In this document: in pieces, positions 23,450 to 37,501 of the stretch
Numbering within the stretch: position 1 is the first letter of the stretch
Layout: each line of letters opens with the position of its first letter
NCBI RefSeq assembly: GCF_001194135.2
Contig: NC_068982.1
Coordinates: forward strand, 160,786,787 to 160,837,899
DNA from: Octopus bimaculoides
Lineage: Eukaryota
DNA length: 51,113 nt
Direction: 5' to 3'
The notes under the pieces: generated by a model
What the model was told of the DNA's origin: nothing
The model's database searches: none
Seen by the model: the letters and a program-made list of their open reading frames with translations, nothing else
Program-made: the position numbers and the translations under genes

Positions 23450-24365
23450 GATGAAATGCTAACACCAGAAATGAAACATGCAGTCACTGTTTTCATATGT
23501 TCGGAGTCCAGCGGCTTAGAAATTGCCAACTTTTAACTCTTGCAAAATTTTTCTGTGTACAAAGTTCAGGTGGTATTGGAAGCTTCTGGCGGGAATGTTT
23601 CAACTGCATCAAAGAGAAAGAAAAGCATTCTAAATGTTCGGACACTATAAGTACACCACAATCCATCCAACAATTTCAAAATATTATTGATGATACTCTC
23701 GGGAAAAAATCAACAAAGGCAATCATCAAAGAATTTTAAATGTCAGAGGGAGTGGACTGTCAGAATGGTGGTGTGCAAGGTCATTTGATACAACTCATAT
23801 GTACTGAGGACAATTCAAGTCAGTAAAGACATTGAGGAACCGTTTGACCCATGGGTCCAGATCTAAAAGTCTAATGGGCGAAATGATGTTTATGTGCAGA
23901 CCTTCCTGATGTTTTCAGAGTGATGCATACCAAGTTTTTAGCAACTCTGAGAGTTTTAGGCGTGGCGATTATCGAAGGCCATGTTATCATGTCATGCTAT
24001 TCACGCCTTTCCCAGTGCCCTTAGAATTAATACTGCTGGATATATTAAGGTGCTGAAGACAGTTGTTAGGCCTTGGATGGATGATGTACGTAGCGGAAGG
24101 CCATATATGTTTTTATGAGACTCTGCGCTTCCTCACAAATCCCACATAATATAAGAACGGATATCAGACAACATTGACGGTCATGTGCCAACAAACTGGT
24201 AGCCTACAGACTCACTAGATTTAAATCCAATATTTTACAGCCTTTGGAGCGTTGCTGAAAATGAGACTAATCGACATCCTGACAATACCATAACTTCACT
24301 GGAGTTCGCTACTGTCCAGCTGACGTCCGAAATGAATAAGAGCTACTCTTGTCATGATATATTCC
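23450..24365 (+). mobile_element. Decayed Tc1/mariner transposase, maT (DD37D)-type
   Basis: EMKHAVTVF..LEIANFL; FVYKVQVVLEASGGNVS; KHSKCSDTISTPQ..IIDDTLGKKSTKAIIKEF (HTH region); LCADLPDVFRVMHTKFLATLRVLGVAIIEGHV; LRINTAGYIKVLKTVVRPWMDDVRSGRPYMFL*DSALPHK…W*PTDSLDLNPIFYSLW. There are 37 residues between the DSA aspartate and the position of the third catalytic residue, now F. TIRs were not identified. Confidence 0.88.
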
Positions 24366-25959
24366 TCATGTAAAGGAATATGGGGATAATAAAGATAAAA
24401 TAGCGGTATATTTCAATGACAATAATGATAATTCTATTAAACCTCTGCGATAGTTTGAACTTTTTAATGGATGGATGAGAGAGTGTCCAACATTATTATT
24501 AAACATTAAACGAAACTTTTCACCCCATATTAATGAAGGATCGTCGACAACAACTCAAAGTAACATCCATTGTGAATTTCACTGAAAACCATGCTATGAA
24601 TTTAAGTTGTTCCGCTACTTATTTATGAATGCAGTTGTACAAGTTTGCTTGAAATCAGAAATTTCCAAATGAAAAATTCGAGATAATCGTGGCGTGAATG
24701 CCTTTGATTGGAGTCTGTCTGCTGTAATAGAGTTGGGTTGATCTGAAACTATACAAAAGCAACATCAACAACAACACAGCAACATAATCGTTTCATTCAG
24801 CTAATTCTGATGCGTCTTAAATATTAAAATATGGAAATAGAACTTTGCAACTCATCAATAAACTCAGACATAAACCAGAATTACTCAACAGAAACAGCCT
24901 TTTGAAATAGCAAAACTTGAAATGTATTGACTAGCCTATCTGAAAAGAATAATACACGCTTGATATATTTAAAAGAATTCCGGAAGTTAAAACACTCCCA
25001 GATAAACTAAGCAAAAATGATGGATGCGATCGTCGAATTTTGCAGTACTAAGCAGCTAAAATAAAAAGAAAATGTTACAACAAACGTATTTAATTTGTAA
25101 CCGACTAGTTGAAGCATTTGGGAGCATAGTAAACTAAGATCTCCTTAACTGACTTTGTCGATATTTATTTACACCCTGTTGGTATTAAGATGATATCACA
25201 CAAAAGGAAAATCAATCGTTACACGTCTAGGCTGATTACCACTCATGATTTAAATTTTATCGTTGTTTGGTGAGTCAAGCTAGAAGAAAACTGTAAAATG
25301 AATCAAAGTGCATTATCAACCTCATCTGATGTTTGAAAATACAAATGAATTTTCTTTTGTTTATTACGAAAATTATACCTATTATTTTGATTCATGTTAC
25401 GCCAGTTCGTTAATCTTTCATGTATGATATCACATTTAAATACTTACTTTGATTGATTAAACATCCTGAGAGTAATGCATAATATAAAATAGTGATTTGT
25501 TACATAAGCACCTTCTCATGCATATTCAGATGATTGAATCTACACCAGAACATTACTGCTATTTGAATTCTCCAATTCGCCGGCATAAAAAAGCATAGCT
25601 AGCTTTGGTTTGATATAAGGGAGTACAGAGACATGGTTAAATATTACAAATATTGTCTTAATCTGACACTCCACTTTCTCTGGAAATACATTCCAGTCCG
25701 TGTTTTAACTATTTAAAAGGTAAATTTATAAGTTTCATATAATGATATCCAAATATTGGTTTACGATATTTAGATTTAGAACTCATCGTAGGCCAAACAA
25801 AGTTGACGAGGGGCGACGCAGTAGCAACCAAGGGGAGAATATTTCTTTTAAACACATGAATACACTTTGTTCTTAATGTAAAAGGGTTAGTCAGGAAAGA
25901 AGGATAATGTCCATGATTTGTTTGCAGAAACCCGTGGGAGGAAAAACCACAACTCGTTG

Positions 25960-26080
25960 GTTTTCCTTAAACCGGAGTCATGGTTCGAATCCATATAGCA
26001 GAGAAACTTTATCTAATAAAAGCCAAAGATCAGGTGTAGTAGCTGAAAGAAATTTCTACATGACGAGAATTTATTCTTTT
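25960..26080 (+). mobile_element. Probable degraded tRNA-derived SINE head
   Basis: B-box GGTTCGAATCC at 25982-25992 preceded by GGAGTCAT. No cloverleaf is recoverable. Confidence 0.35.
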
Positions 26081-27136
26081 CTCAACTAAATTGACATTAA
26101 TTTGTTACTGTGAAATTTATTCTACTTTCCTACTGCTTACACAGGCTTTATAAAAACCAACGGTGGAGACTCTCGTGGTCGCTTAGTCTTCTAAACTTAA
26201 CAGCTAAGTCTCTCTTCAAACGCATTCTGGCACCTCAGAATCAGAAGGGCCATATAGACTAATGTAGCCTAAGATACACCAATCCTGAAATAAAAACACA
26301 GTAATCTCAGATACAACTTCTTTGATAATATATCTATTCAATCAAGATTAACATGGAGCTAAATAATAATAATAACATATTTTTAAATGATGTTCAGTAG
26401 TTGATTTTGTTCTAGTAGTATCGTTCATTGTAACACTTAAATCGAGCAGCTGTAATGCACACAGCCATGCGTGAAACGCTTTTGTTTTTTTGTTTTGTTT
26501 TTTTTTTAGTCCGAATATTTTTGGGTGTGTTGTATTGAAGACGACATAGTCCTGTGTATTTATACAAAACAACAAGGATGTATTTGAAGGACTTGGGCGC
26601 TAATTAATGAAATCTTTTAAGTTTTGATATATACTGTAATATAAATTTATAATGGAAGAAAAGATTGGTATTGTTCTTTAGTTAAGTTATTGATTTCTGT
26701 GACTAAAGTGTAGTGAAGTTGCAGCAATAACTTCAAAGGTTTCAGTTGTCGATAATGATTCGCTTACTTTGCCTAGAACTAAATGCTACAAGTATACGTT
26801 TTTACATTTTTTTTTAAACCAAAGATTCTGCTATCATTACGCCCTCGGCAAAGCTTCAATGTCGCAGCCATCTTGCACTTCGTGTTAATACTATATTTAA
26901 ACATTATTTTTGCACCGGTCACTATATCAGTTTATGTTACCTGGTGCATTTAATATTCTTAAAGATTCTTATCTCACATAGAACATCTGTATATATATAT
27001 ACATATGTGTGTGTGTGTATTTATGTATATATGTATCTATATATGCATATATATATATAGTGATAGATAGACGGGAAAATAGGTATGCATATATACACGC
27101 ACACACATGCATATTGCACACAAAATACACATATAC

Positions 27137-27173
<37 letters not shown>

Positions 27174-27937
27174 NNNNNNNNNNNNNNNNNNNNNNNNNNN
27201 NNNNNNNNNNNNNNNNNNNNNNNNNNNNNNNNNNNNNNNNNNNNNNNNNNNNNNNNNNNNNNNNNNNNNNNNNNNNNNNNNNNNNNNNNNNNNNNNNNNN
27301 NNNNNNNNNNNNNNNNNNNNNNNNNNNNNNNNNNNNNNNNNNNNNNNNNNNNNNNNNNNNNNNNNNNNNNNNNNNNNNNNNNNNNNNNNNNNNNNNNNNN
27401 NNNNNNNNNNNNNNNNNNNNNNNNNNNNNNNNNNNNNNNNNNNNNNNNNNNNNNNNNNNNNNNNNNNNNNNNNNNNNNNNNNNNNNNNNNNNNNNNNNNN
27501 NNNNNNNNNNNNNNNNNNNNNNNNNNNNNNNNNNNNNNNNNNNNNNNNNNNNNNNNNNNNNNNNNNNNNNNNNNNNNNNNNNNNNNNNNNNNNNNNNNNN
27601 NNNNNNNNNNNNNNNNNNNNNNNNNNNNNNNNNNNNNNNNNNNNNNNNNNNNNNNNNNNNNNNNNNNNNNNNNNNNNNNNNNNNNNNNNNNNNNNNNNNN
27701 NNNNNNNNNNNNNNNNNNNNNNNNNNNNNNNNNNNNNNNNNNNNNNNNNNNNNNNNNNNNNNNNNNNNNNNNNNNNNNNNNNNNNNNNNNNNNNNNNNNN
27801 NNNNNNNNNNNNNNNNNNNNNNNNNNNNNNNNNNNNNNNNNNNNNNNNNNNNNNNNNNNNNNNNNNNNNNNNNNNNNNNNNNNNNNNNNNNNNNNNNNNN
27901 NNNNNNNNNNNNNNNNNNNNNNNNNNNNNNNNNNNNN

Positions 27938-27968
<31 letters not shown>

Positions 27969-30900
27969 GACTAACGTACTTACAGTTTTATCAAATTTGA
28001 CTAAGAGAACGTTGGTATTCAGAACTTATGAAGAGAGCAGAGGAGTGAGAAACAACCTTGTAAATACATGATTGCTAAACCAGCTTCTTACACTCACAGC
28101 TATGTCTGCGATTATCTATTTAACATGTCTTCTACAATTTAGTAGATGAAGTTTTTTTTAACTAAAGACAACCTAAATACGAACATTTTAGTAAAAGCGC
28201 CGTTACTGTTCTACAGTGAATAACTCGGAAATTTCTGGAAATATCTTTGTTAGTGATTTGATAAAGTATTATTATTATCCATTTATATTTAAAGAAATTT
28301 ACCTTGGATATAATGATATAAATATTCTATGATATAAATATATAATTATGATACACTGTGTACTTCTGTCATATATCGATTTATTATTCTTATGTTGGTA
28401 ACTGTATGGCACACAGTAATCGGCTGTATGTCCTGGCACAACCCGAAATTTGTTGCTCTAATTCTAGTGGGTTACCCCTTAGATGAGAGCTTGAACATTT
28501 TAACAGATGGTACTTAACTGTGGGGAATGGAATGCAGTGCGGTAGTATGTGAATGTTATACCCTTTCTACTGTCCAATCTTTTTCAAAGAATGTTTCTGG
28601 CGAGGTTCGTATTGCTGAATAGTTCAAATCTTCCGTAATCCAGTAGACTTATGGTACCCTTATAATCCTACCTTTTATGCAGAGACAGTGTACGAAGGAT
28701 TAGATCATCCCATGTATCCATTCTACAAACAAAGCGCAAGTTATGACTGGAGGAAATTTTGGTTACTATTTCTATTTCTTCATTGTCTTATATGCCTATA
28801 GATCTTGATTGTAAAGTTCAGAGTGGAATCAAACAAATTGAGCTCAGTTTGAGCATAACAGTTGCTATTTTGGAGACAATTTCTAATGGTGATGTGCATG
28901 TGTATCCTCACACCGTATTATCTCTCATGAAGTGATTGATGTTACAGCTGTTTCTGTGTGTGGTGTATTTTTTGTGGTGTGTGTTTGTGTGACTTCAGTG
29001 AAAGAAATAATATTTTCTGGATGTTATTGTAGTAGTAATTTGTGTTTTCGTGTAGTGAGAGGATGCGTCAGGGCTCTCCTCGATAGTTAAAAGAAATATA
29101 AGATCAGAAATTCCGTGAAACCTGTTCATAAACAAAGCTGATGCACAGAAATCGTGTTCTTGTTTACATTGATAGAAGACAGCCAATTAGAAAAGATATC
29201 TTGATTTATAATTCCAGACCAGGGAAATGTGAATTCGTTGCGACACTAATTGAATACTAATTAGAAGGGTCTCTCAAATAGTAATTCATTTAAATATTGG
29301 CGTAACTGTAGTTCCTTAAATGCTGTGGCCCAACGGCATTACATTAATGGTATCTAAAGAGAAGTACAATTCCACTTGACAAGAAACTGAATTGTAATAG
29401 CAAGTTTACGAAAAGTAGAAGTCCAATAGAATTAAAAGCTTTCTAACCACATTACATACAATTTGTACAATTGGTAAAGTGTCATGACTGTCAGTATAAT
29501 CTAGTTAAATAAACAGTAAGATCTGTTGGTTTTTATCAGAGTGATGCTCTTGAAAATGGTTTAAGTTTAGTGGACAGTGCTCATGCTTCTCTACAAAGAA
29601 TATTATCGCTATCATCATAATCAGCACTCTAATCCACATTCCAATCATCGTTATTATCATCATCATCATCATCATTTTCTCAGCTTAACTACCTCTCAGC
29701 ATAAAAGTAAAAGTTATTTATGTGTAAATGTCTCTAACTCTACATCTAGCCCTACCCTTAACCTAAATTCTTACGTAGGATAGAATTGAAATATTTGCAC
29801 TGCCTGAAAAAAATCATATTTCATAGAAGAATTCTTTTATTGCTGTTTAGTTTTGTTTTGTGTTGTTTCTTTGTTTTGCTTTTATTTATTTATTTTTTCT
29901 TTCTTCTGCTGCCGAATTTTACATTAGACAATTGTAGAAAAGGACAGCTTTGTAAAAAAAAAAAAAAATGGAACCATGCCTATTAGACGTGCCCGAATCA
30001 GAAAAAAAGAAAATATATTTGTATGACTAGATAATATAATTATCTAATGACATATTGAATATTTCAGATATCACTGTCATTTATGCGTCGTAAATTGAAT
30101 AAATATTCAGTGATCCTGTTACTATTCAATGCAATTTGAACTGACATCTTGCAGTGCAGAGAGGATATCATTACAACAGTCTATGATAAACTGGCGCTCA
30201 ACACAACATCTGGCTTGAGTTACTTCAGAGCAGTCTCACAGTCATAAAATATAATAAATGTAAATGATCACTAGTGGACTGCTCCACGCAAGATCCATTA
30301 AAAATACATCCATCACCCATTCCTGGTACACGTTTTTATTCTCTTGTATTGGGATTTTCGTATTATTATATTTCATATAACTATATACCATATANNNNNN
30401 NNNNNNNNNNNNNNNNNNNNNNNNNNNNNNNNNNNNNNNNNNNNNNNNNNNNNNNNNNNNNNNNNNNNNNNNNNNNNNTATATATATATATATTTATAAA
30501 CAGTAGAGACATTTACTTATCTGTATGTCTTTGTCAGCTAACTATTAACTCAGCTGCTTAGCCTATTTAGGATTGCTTCCAACCAGCCATGGGTAACATT
30601 AACTTCGTTCAATTAACTCAAATGAAACTGGAGGCCGGCAGTAGTACAATAAAATGAGATGTATTCACAAACTTAATCAATTGAGAATACCATAAAGAGA
30701 TGTTAAGCCAAAGGGAAATTGGTTTCAATTCCCAGCAATAAGCATTATTTTAATTCAGATACTTTGCTGAAATCCTTGAGAAATGTGTAGATGTCCCACA
30801 ACAATATTATCCCCCTATCCTATAAACATGACAATATCTATCTTTCAAAGAAATCAACAGTATTACTGTTGATAAGTGTATCGAATAATGCGATGTTATA

Positions 30901-33179
30901 CTTCAGTTTGTATAAACTTCTAGCTTTTATAACAAAACTTACAAATACATCAACAATTTCTATTATTTACGCACCAAATTCGAGTATACCTCCAGGGAAA
31001 TAATTTCTAAAGGAGGAAACATTTACTTAAACATGCCTTGTACTTTTCAGTATGCGCTTTCAATCTAGCAGTGCTTCTTATAATATCATTATCGCTTACT
31101 TTCTACCCAACGCTGATCTCATTTGGGATTCTATACAAATTTGTGTTAATTTCATCAAATATAACTTTGGAGTAACAAATATTCTAAACAAGTTAGAAAT
31201 GGTTGCTGTTTAATCGTACTTGTATATATTTCTGGCTTAGTAATATTAGAACATGTGACTGCGCTTTTCTAATGGAATCTCATCTGTAAAGAACTGATAA
31301 TAGGTTCACGCCAGATATTATATGGAGGCCTCATTATAAACTGGTCTGGAAATATTTTAGTAAACCATATTAAATGCATAAGGTTATAATTTATACTTGG
31401 GTTACGAGTGTATTATAAATGTTAATGTAGTTTACATCATGTTCTAACAACAAAACAGAATAAAAAACTAGGAACGACTAATAAAAAATTCCAACACACA
31501 CACACACACGTACACACACACACAAACACACACACACACACACACTCTCTCTCTCTCTCTCTCTCTCTCACGCATACACACGCACGCACACAAACACACG
31601 CACTCTCTCACGCACACACACACACGCACACACGCACATATATATATACATATAGATACTGATGGAATTTTTTATAAGTCATTCTTATTTTTTTATTCTA
31701 TTCTGTTGTTTGTACATCATGTAAACTACATTAACATCTATTATACACTATTATATATATGTATATATATGTGTGTGTGTGTGTGTATGTGTGTGTATGT
31801 ATGTATGTACATATATATAAGTATGTATGTATATATATTTATAAGTGTATATACATATGTATGTATATATATGCATGTGTGTGTGTGTGTATGTGTGTGT
31901 GTGTGTGTGTGTCTGTCTGTTGCTTGAAACCTATACATGCACAAACAACATAAATACACATCTACAAACACAAATACACTTTACAAAAATATTTTCAATA
32001 AATATACGGCGACATATGCATATAAGAGAGTGAGCTGTCTTACGTAAGTTTACATATAATAAATATTGGTCTACACATATTTGGCACTTTACCATTTCTC
32101 TGATATCATTATCACTGTCTTTGGCTATATTTAACACATATATTCGAACTATACAGCTGGAACCAAGCATAATTAGAGATTTTTCGAAATTTGTTCAGTT
32201 TTGTTAAAATTCGTGTTATTTAGTCAATTCAGGTTTAAACATAAGCATTTCATATTCATAATACTAGTTTGTTTAAATAATGAAAATTTTGTATGGTTAT
32301 TTTGTAGTTAATAAACCATTTTAATCATATTCGGAGTGAATTCTTTCCATAATTGTGGTTCTAATTTAAACTTCGCATTCCCAGTTGTCACATATAAAGA
32401 AACAGTGTGCTGAAATGAATTGTTCTTTTCGTATTTGTTTCATCTTTTTAATTTCTGCTTTATCTCAATGAACTGCATTTTTTTCTCAGTGGAGTTAATT
32501 TTTGCATTGTCCAAATCTCAAGAATGGCTGGATTGCAACTTCTTGCAGGAACTTTGTGATTAATTTGATGGAATAAAAGGATAGTTTTAATTATGGAACG
32601 TTGCCAATTTGGGGCTTTCAACCATTGTATTATTCTAAGATATTTAAAAAAAAAACATTCTGTATAAGGTAACGTGTGTATATATGTAGAGAGAAAGAGA
32701 GAGAGTGACATATATGCATGCGTGTGTATGCATATGTATGCATATGGAAGGATGGGGAAAATTATAATTGAAGTATTCCCATACAATAGAATTCTGAAAG
32801 CCTGGAATTAATGAATGCTTCAAAGTCGTTTTGGACTTCGAAGTCGCTTTTTGTTGAAGAGCTTCCTTAACAGAAATTTATTCAGATACTTGAAAATTGT
32901 AAGTCGATTGGAATAATGGTTGATGACTAAATTCAGCGAGATACATTTCTGCAGACTCAATATCTGCGGTATCATTTGCGAGGAATATAACTTGACGTTG
33001 TTATGATGAAGATTTTCACAACCAGCAGGCATTAGCGTTGCAGTGCCTGTTGCATTTTGCCGAATTCATAACAACGCTATTCTTCTGTGGTAGCTTCAGT
33101 CACATTCAAGAAAGATTAGTAGATGAGTCCCGTTGCTGAAGACAGACCAAAGAGTTACTAGAAACTATTTTATGTATGC

Positions 33180-33180
<1 letters not shown>

Positions 33181-33234
<54 letters not shown>

Positions 33235-33265
33235 TGAGCGAGTGAGTGAGTGAGTGAGTGAGTGA
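33181..33265. repeat. (GA)n/(GTGA)n microsatellite
   Basis: Seen directly. It is one of many CA, GT, TA, GA, TACA and GATA arrays throughout the window. Confidence 0.95.
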
Positions 33266-33957
33266 AATTTGTTGGTGCGTGTGGCAATAGCATCTTCCTT
33301 CATGCCTGTAACACTGCTCTAATCTATTTCGTAAGTGATACGCCCCACCATTAACTGCTTACTTTGCCCATTTACTTTTCACCTTACCTTTTAAACGGAT
33401 TTTCAACCTCCTTTGCTCAGAGTCGCTGCCTCCAACTATTCTATAAATGTGCCACCCCATTCTTTAAACAGGCTCTTTTAGTCCATGCTGTTCTACACTA
33501 ATTACACCAAATTTGGTTTTCGCCCTGCTCTCGAATTTTTCTAACACTGCTGTTACATAACGCTACTATTTCTTTAGCTTCAAACAACGTTATTTCCTTA
33601 TCAGAAGCCATTTCACCTGTACAGTAAAAATTGCATTTATTATCATGAATGCCATTTCTGTTGTCTCTTACTGGGAAACTGACTGCAGGTTAGCAGGTTG
33701 TATCATGGAACACCTACTACACATCCACATATATATTACACATTTATTCATACGCCACCTCAGCTAACACCAACACGCACACACACGTACTCGCACACAC
33801 AATATGCTATATATATATGTGTGTGTGTCTGTGTGTGTGTCTGTGTGTGTGTATAGTTCTTATTACGTTATTCATGCACACAATCATAACTAATAGCTTC
33901 AAATATGTACTCACAATAAATACACTGGTATATACACCATATTTATATAAGGTGTAT

Positions 33958-33992
<35 letters not shown>

Positions 33993-34068
33993 GGCACAGG
34001 AGGGGCTCGCTTACCANNNNNNNNNNNNNNNNNNNNNNNNNNNNNNNNNNNNNNNNNNNNNNNNNNNN

Positions 34069-34104
<36 letters not shown>

Positions 34105-34966
34105 TGTATGTATGTACGTATTGTACCACGCATATGCAAACACCTGCATTTAAGGCACACCACCATATAGACACACAGTATTTTATTGCATTCATCCCCC
34201 TCTTCTGCTCACAATACAATCAGGACATTCATAAACTACACATTCATACATTTCACCTGCGTTCATACCATCTGCTAAAACGCTACATCTCATAAACAGA
34301 CAAACGCACGCACACACGTACACCTAGACACACACATAAGAACATACACAAACACACGCAGAGTTTAGTAAACTTACTAAAGGACAATGTGTTAATTCCA
34401 TGGACAATTAGTCGTATATGATATTGCCGATAAACGTAGTGATTTATAGTTCAACAGAGCTATAAATATATACCTTAACTGACGCACACATAAGCGGACA
34501 TTCAGCTTAGTATGCTAGCCTATGAACTGACCAAAGCATATACAATTACAACCGTTATCCTTTGATATACGCAACTACAAACAGATGGAGTCTTGCATAT
34601 GTATAGATTTTGGTACGTGTGAGAGATGATATGCGAGTATGTGAGTGGATCTGTATCTGTATAAATGTATGTCTGCCATGTGCTCAATGTCATAGGCACT
34701 TAAAATCCTTGATGGTGTTGTAGGGAAATCGCTGTAACATACGATGCATCATTACGGAAAGTATTTCCTCTGCAAATTTGACCACAATCCTTTTTCCATT
34801 TGGAGAGGATTGACCGCTACAAACACTTACACAAGTAAGCACATACGTGCGTGTGTACATATATATATCATATATTAGGCAGTGAGCACAAAAACTGAAC
34901 ACCATGAAGGATCATTTTTAATCAATGTTTTATCAGTTTAATGCTTAAAAGGAAAGGAAACGTCTT

Positions 34967-34994
34967 GACGTTTCGGACGTCTTTCCTTCATCAG
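34967..34994 (-). ncRNA. Minimal type-I hammerhead ribozyme-like motif (HHR-1)
   Basis: Minus strand CTGATGA-A-GGA AAGACG TCC-GAAA-CGTC: intact core boxes, 3-bp stem II, palindromic ACGT stem III and GUC triplet. Stem I does not form in cis. Confidence 0.55.
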
Positions 34995-35208
34995 TGAATT
35001 AAAAGAATGGAAAATAGTGGTGAGAAGAGGAGTGCAAAAAGAGCAAAATGCGTCCAATGCAGTTTACGAAACAGTGGTCCTAGTTTAAGAAGTCCTAGTA
35101 TGCGTTAAAATTTCATTTCAGGTAATGAACACAAAATAAAGACAACTAGGGAGGGATAAGTCTAAACATATGTAACAGTTTAATACTTAACGTAAAACAA
35201 AGAGTGTC

Positions 35209-35236
35209 GACGTTTCGGACGCTAGTACTTCATCAT
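35209..35236 (-). ncRNA. Degenerate minimal hammerhead-like motif (HHR-2), 242 bp from HHR-1
   Basis: Minus strand ATGATGA-A-GTA CTAGCG TCC-GAAA-CGTC, with a C3 to A change and one stem II mismatch. Every shared block is offset by exactly 242 nt from HHR-1. Confidence 0.45.
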
Positions 35237-37065
35237 AAGAAAATGAAAGGATGAGGATATTTAACTGGAACGTATGTATATGCTTGTATTTACGTACATA
35301 TACATACATATATATATAAGCATGTATGAATGTATACTTATTCATTGTGTGTGTGTATATATATACATTAGTACATATGTTTTACTATTCTAAATTGACA
35401 CGACTTATAAACTGACTCATGGAACGTGTACTCTCAACACTTGAACCACTTTGTAATTTCTACCAATTATAAATAATAGTGTGTCTGTATGTATGTTTAA
35501 ATGTTTACACATGTACATACATATATTTACACGCTTAGCTTGATATATTATATTACAATAATGTCTGGTGCATAGTAGGTGCACTAACAATATAAACCTC
35601 GACACATTATATACCATTTAAGAGTTACATACATGAAAACAATACAAACACAACCCTACACAAAACGTGTACACCGTAAATTATACGCTCCCTTACGCAT
35701 TTAGCTTACGTACTCTACTTCAGCTTCAGTCCATTTACACTCTCTCATTCTCAGATGCTCTCTTTCTATATTGCTACCACACTCTCTGTTACCCTCTCTC
35801 TCCCACTACCCCCTCTACCCCTCACTTTCACTATAATTCAGAATTTTCCGGCACTTCAAGACTACCAATTCCGCTAGCTATTTACCTATTTACACCAAGA
35901 CTGCAATATAAACACGTCGTAATTTTGGCATCGTCCCAGTTTCTACGTTTCTTTCTCTGATTTCTTTTACTTTTCTTTCATAGAGGGTTTAGCTAGTGCA
36001 TTAGGTACTGCTTTTATTATTTTCGTTTGGCTTATTTATTTTTATGATATGCATTTTTTACTGTTGCAGTTTCGTTTCATCTCTCTATCCTATTTTTCCA
36101 TTGCCTATTTTATATTCATAACTTCATATATTATCTGTTTGATTTTTAACCTCGTCATCTACTTCGTTTTAGTATTCTGCTTTTTACTTACTATATTCTC
36201 TGCACGATTAATGTTCGATACTATCGTATACGTATACTTAACACACATTCACACACACTCACTGTTAAATATATGTGTTCACATAATTTTATATCATAAA
36301 GAGTAATAGATACTTATAAGATGTTTCCTGTGCCTGTGAAAGGAGCTACACGGTGAATTTATAAGTAAACTACAACTTCTAGGGCATCAACTATATGTAT
36401 CTACTCTACATTTTATATCGAGTTGTGCTTTTGATAATGGCTATACACAGAATATCCGTTATATACAGACAAACATACACGAATATATTAACTGTGTATG
36501 TTTATATGTACGAATACTTGCGTTTGTATCTATATATATATACATATATATATATNNNNNNNNNNNNNNNNNNNNNNNNNNNNNNNNNNNNNNNNNNNNN
36601 NNNNNNNNNNNNNNNNNNNNNNNNNNNNNNNNNNNNNNNNNNNNNNNNNNNNNNNNNNNNNNNNNNNNNNNNNNNNNNNNNNNNNNNNNNNNNNNNNNNN
36701 NNNNNNNNNNNNNNNNNNNNNNNNNNNNNNNNNNNNNNNNNNNNNNNNNNNNNNNNNNNNNNNNNNNNNNNNNNNNNNNNNNNNNNNNNNNNNNNNNNNN
36801 NNNNNNNNNNNNNNNNNNNNNNNNNNNNNNNNNNNNNNNNNNNNNNNNNNNNNNNNNNNNNNNNNNNNNNNNNNNNNNNNNNNNNNNNNNNNNNNNNNNN
36901 NNNNNNNNNNNNNNNNNNNNNNNNNNNNNNNNNNNNNNNNNNNNNNNNNNNNNNNNNNNNTGTAGATACGTGCTTAAAATTTGAGCTGATGATAAATTTC
37001 TACTGAAACAGCTGTCGTGAATTTTAGACCCCATTTGTATTATCTCCATATATATATAATATACA

Positions 37066-37107
<42 letters not shown>

Positions 37108-37501
37108 CATGTACGTATAAAATATAATTAAGATTCAGTTGAATTAGGTACTTAAATTGAGGCACCTTGTTAGGTCGATCTAATTTGCACGCCCAAAGAA
37201 TATCAGGTGAATATCAAACACTGTGCAGAAGTGTTTGCACTTGATATTCTTGTAGTGTATGCATAAACATGACCCAAAGAAATAGCAGCGAAATCAATGT
37301 AAATATTTGAGCTCCAGTTGATGATAGGGATATGTTAAAACAGCTGGTTGGTCATTTATGTCTGAAGTCTATGCTGCCATCTGACGAAAACGGTTTCTTT
37401 GCAATGATGTAATGTTTTCGTTATTGAATTAAAGGAGTCGCTTGAAACTGCCGTAATGTATTGACACCTGTACATCTTTGTTACTCATTTATGATATACA
37501 T

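Noticed and set aside
28400-28800. Minus-strand YKGTISLL…LARNIL*KRL, faintly like the RT NYRGISLL region
   Set aside because: Too degenerate to support by eye.
32810-32898. MLQSRFGLRSRFLLKSFLNRNLFRYLKI|GTAAGT, resembling a mitochondrial presequence exon; another frame gives LENCKSIGIMVDD (hAT-like)
   Set aside because: It is short, has no supporting downstream exon or further transposase motifs, and is compatible with chance.
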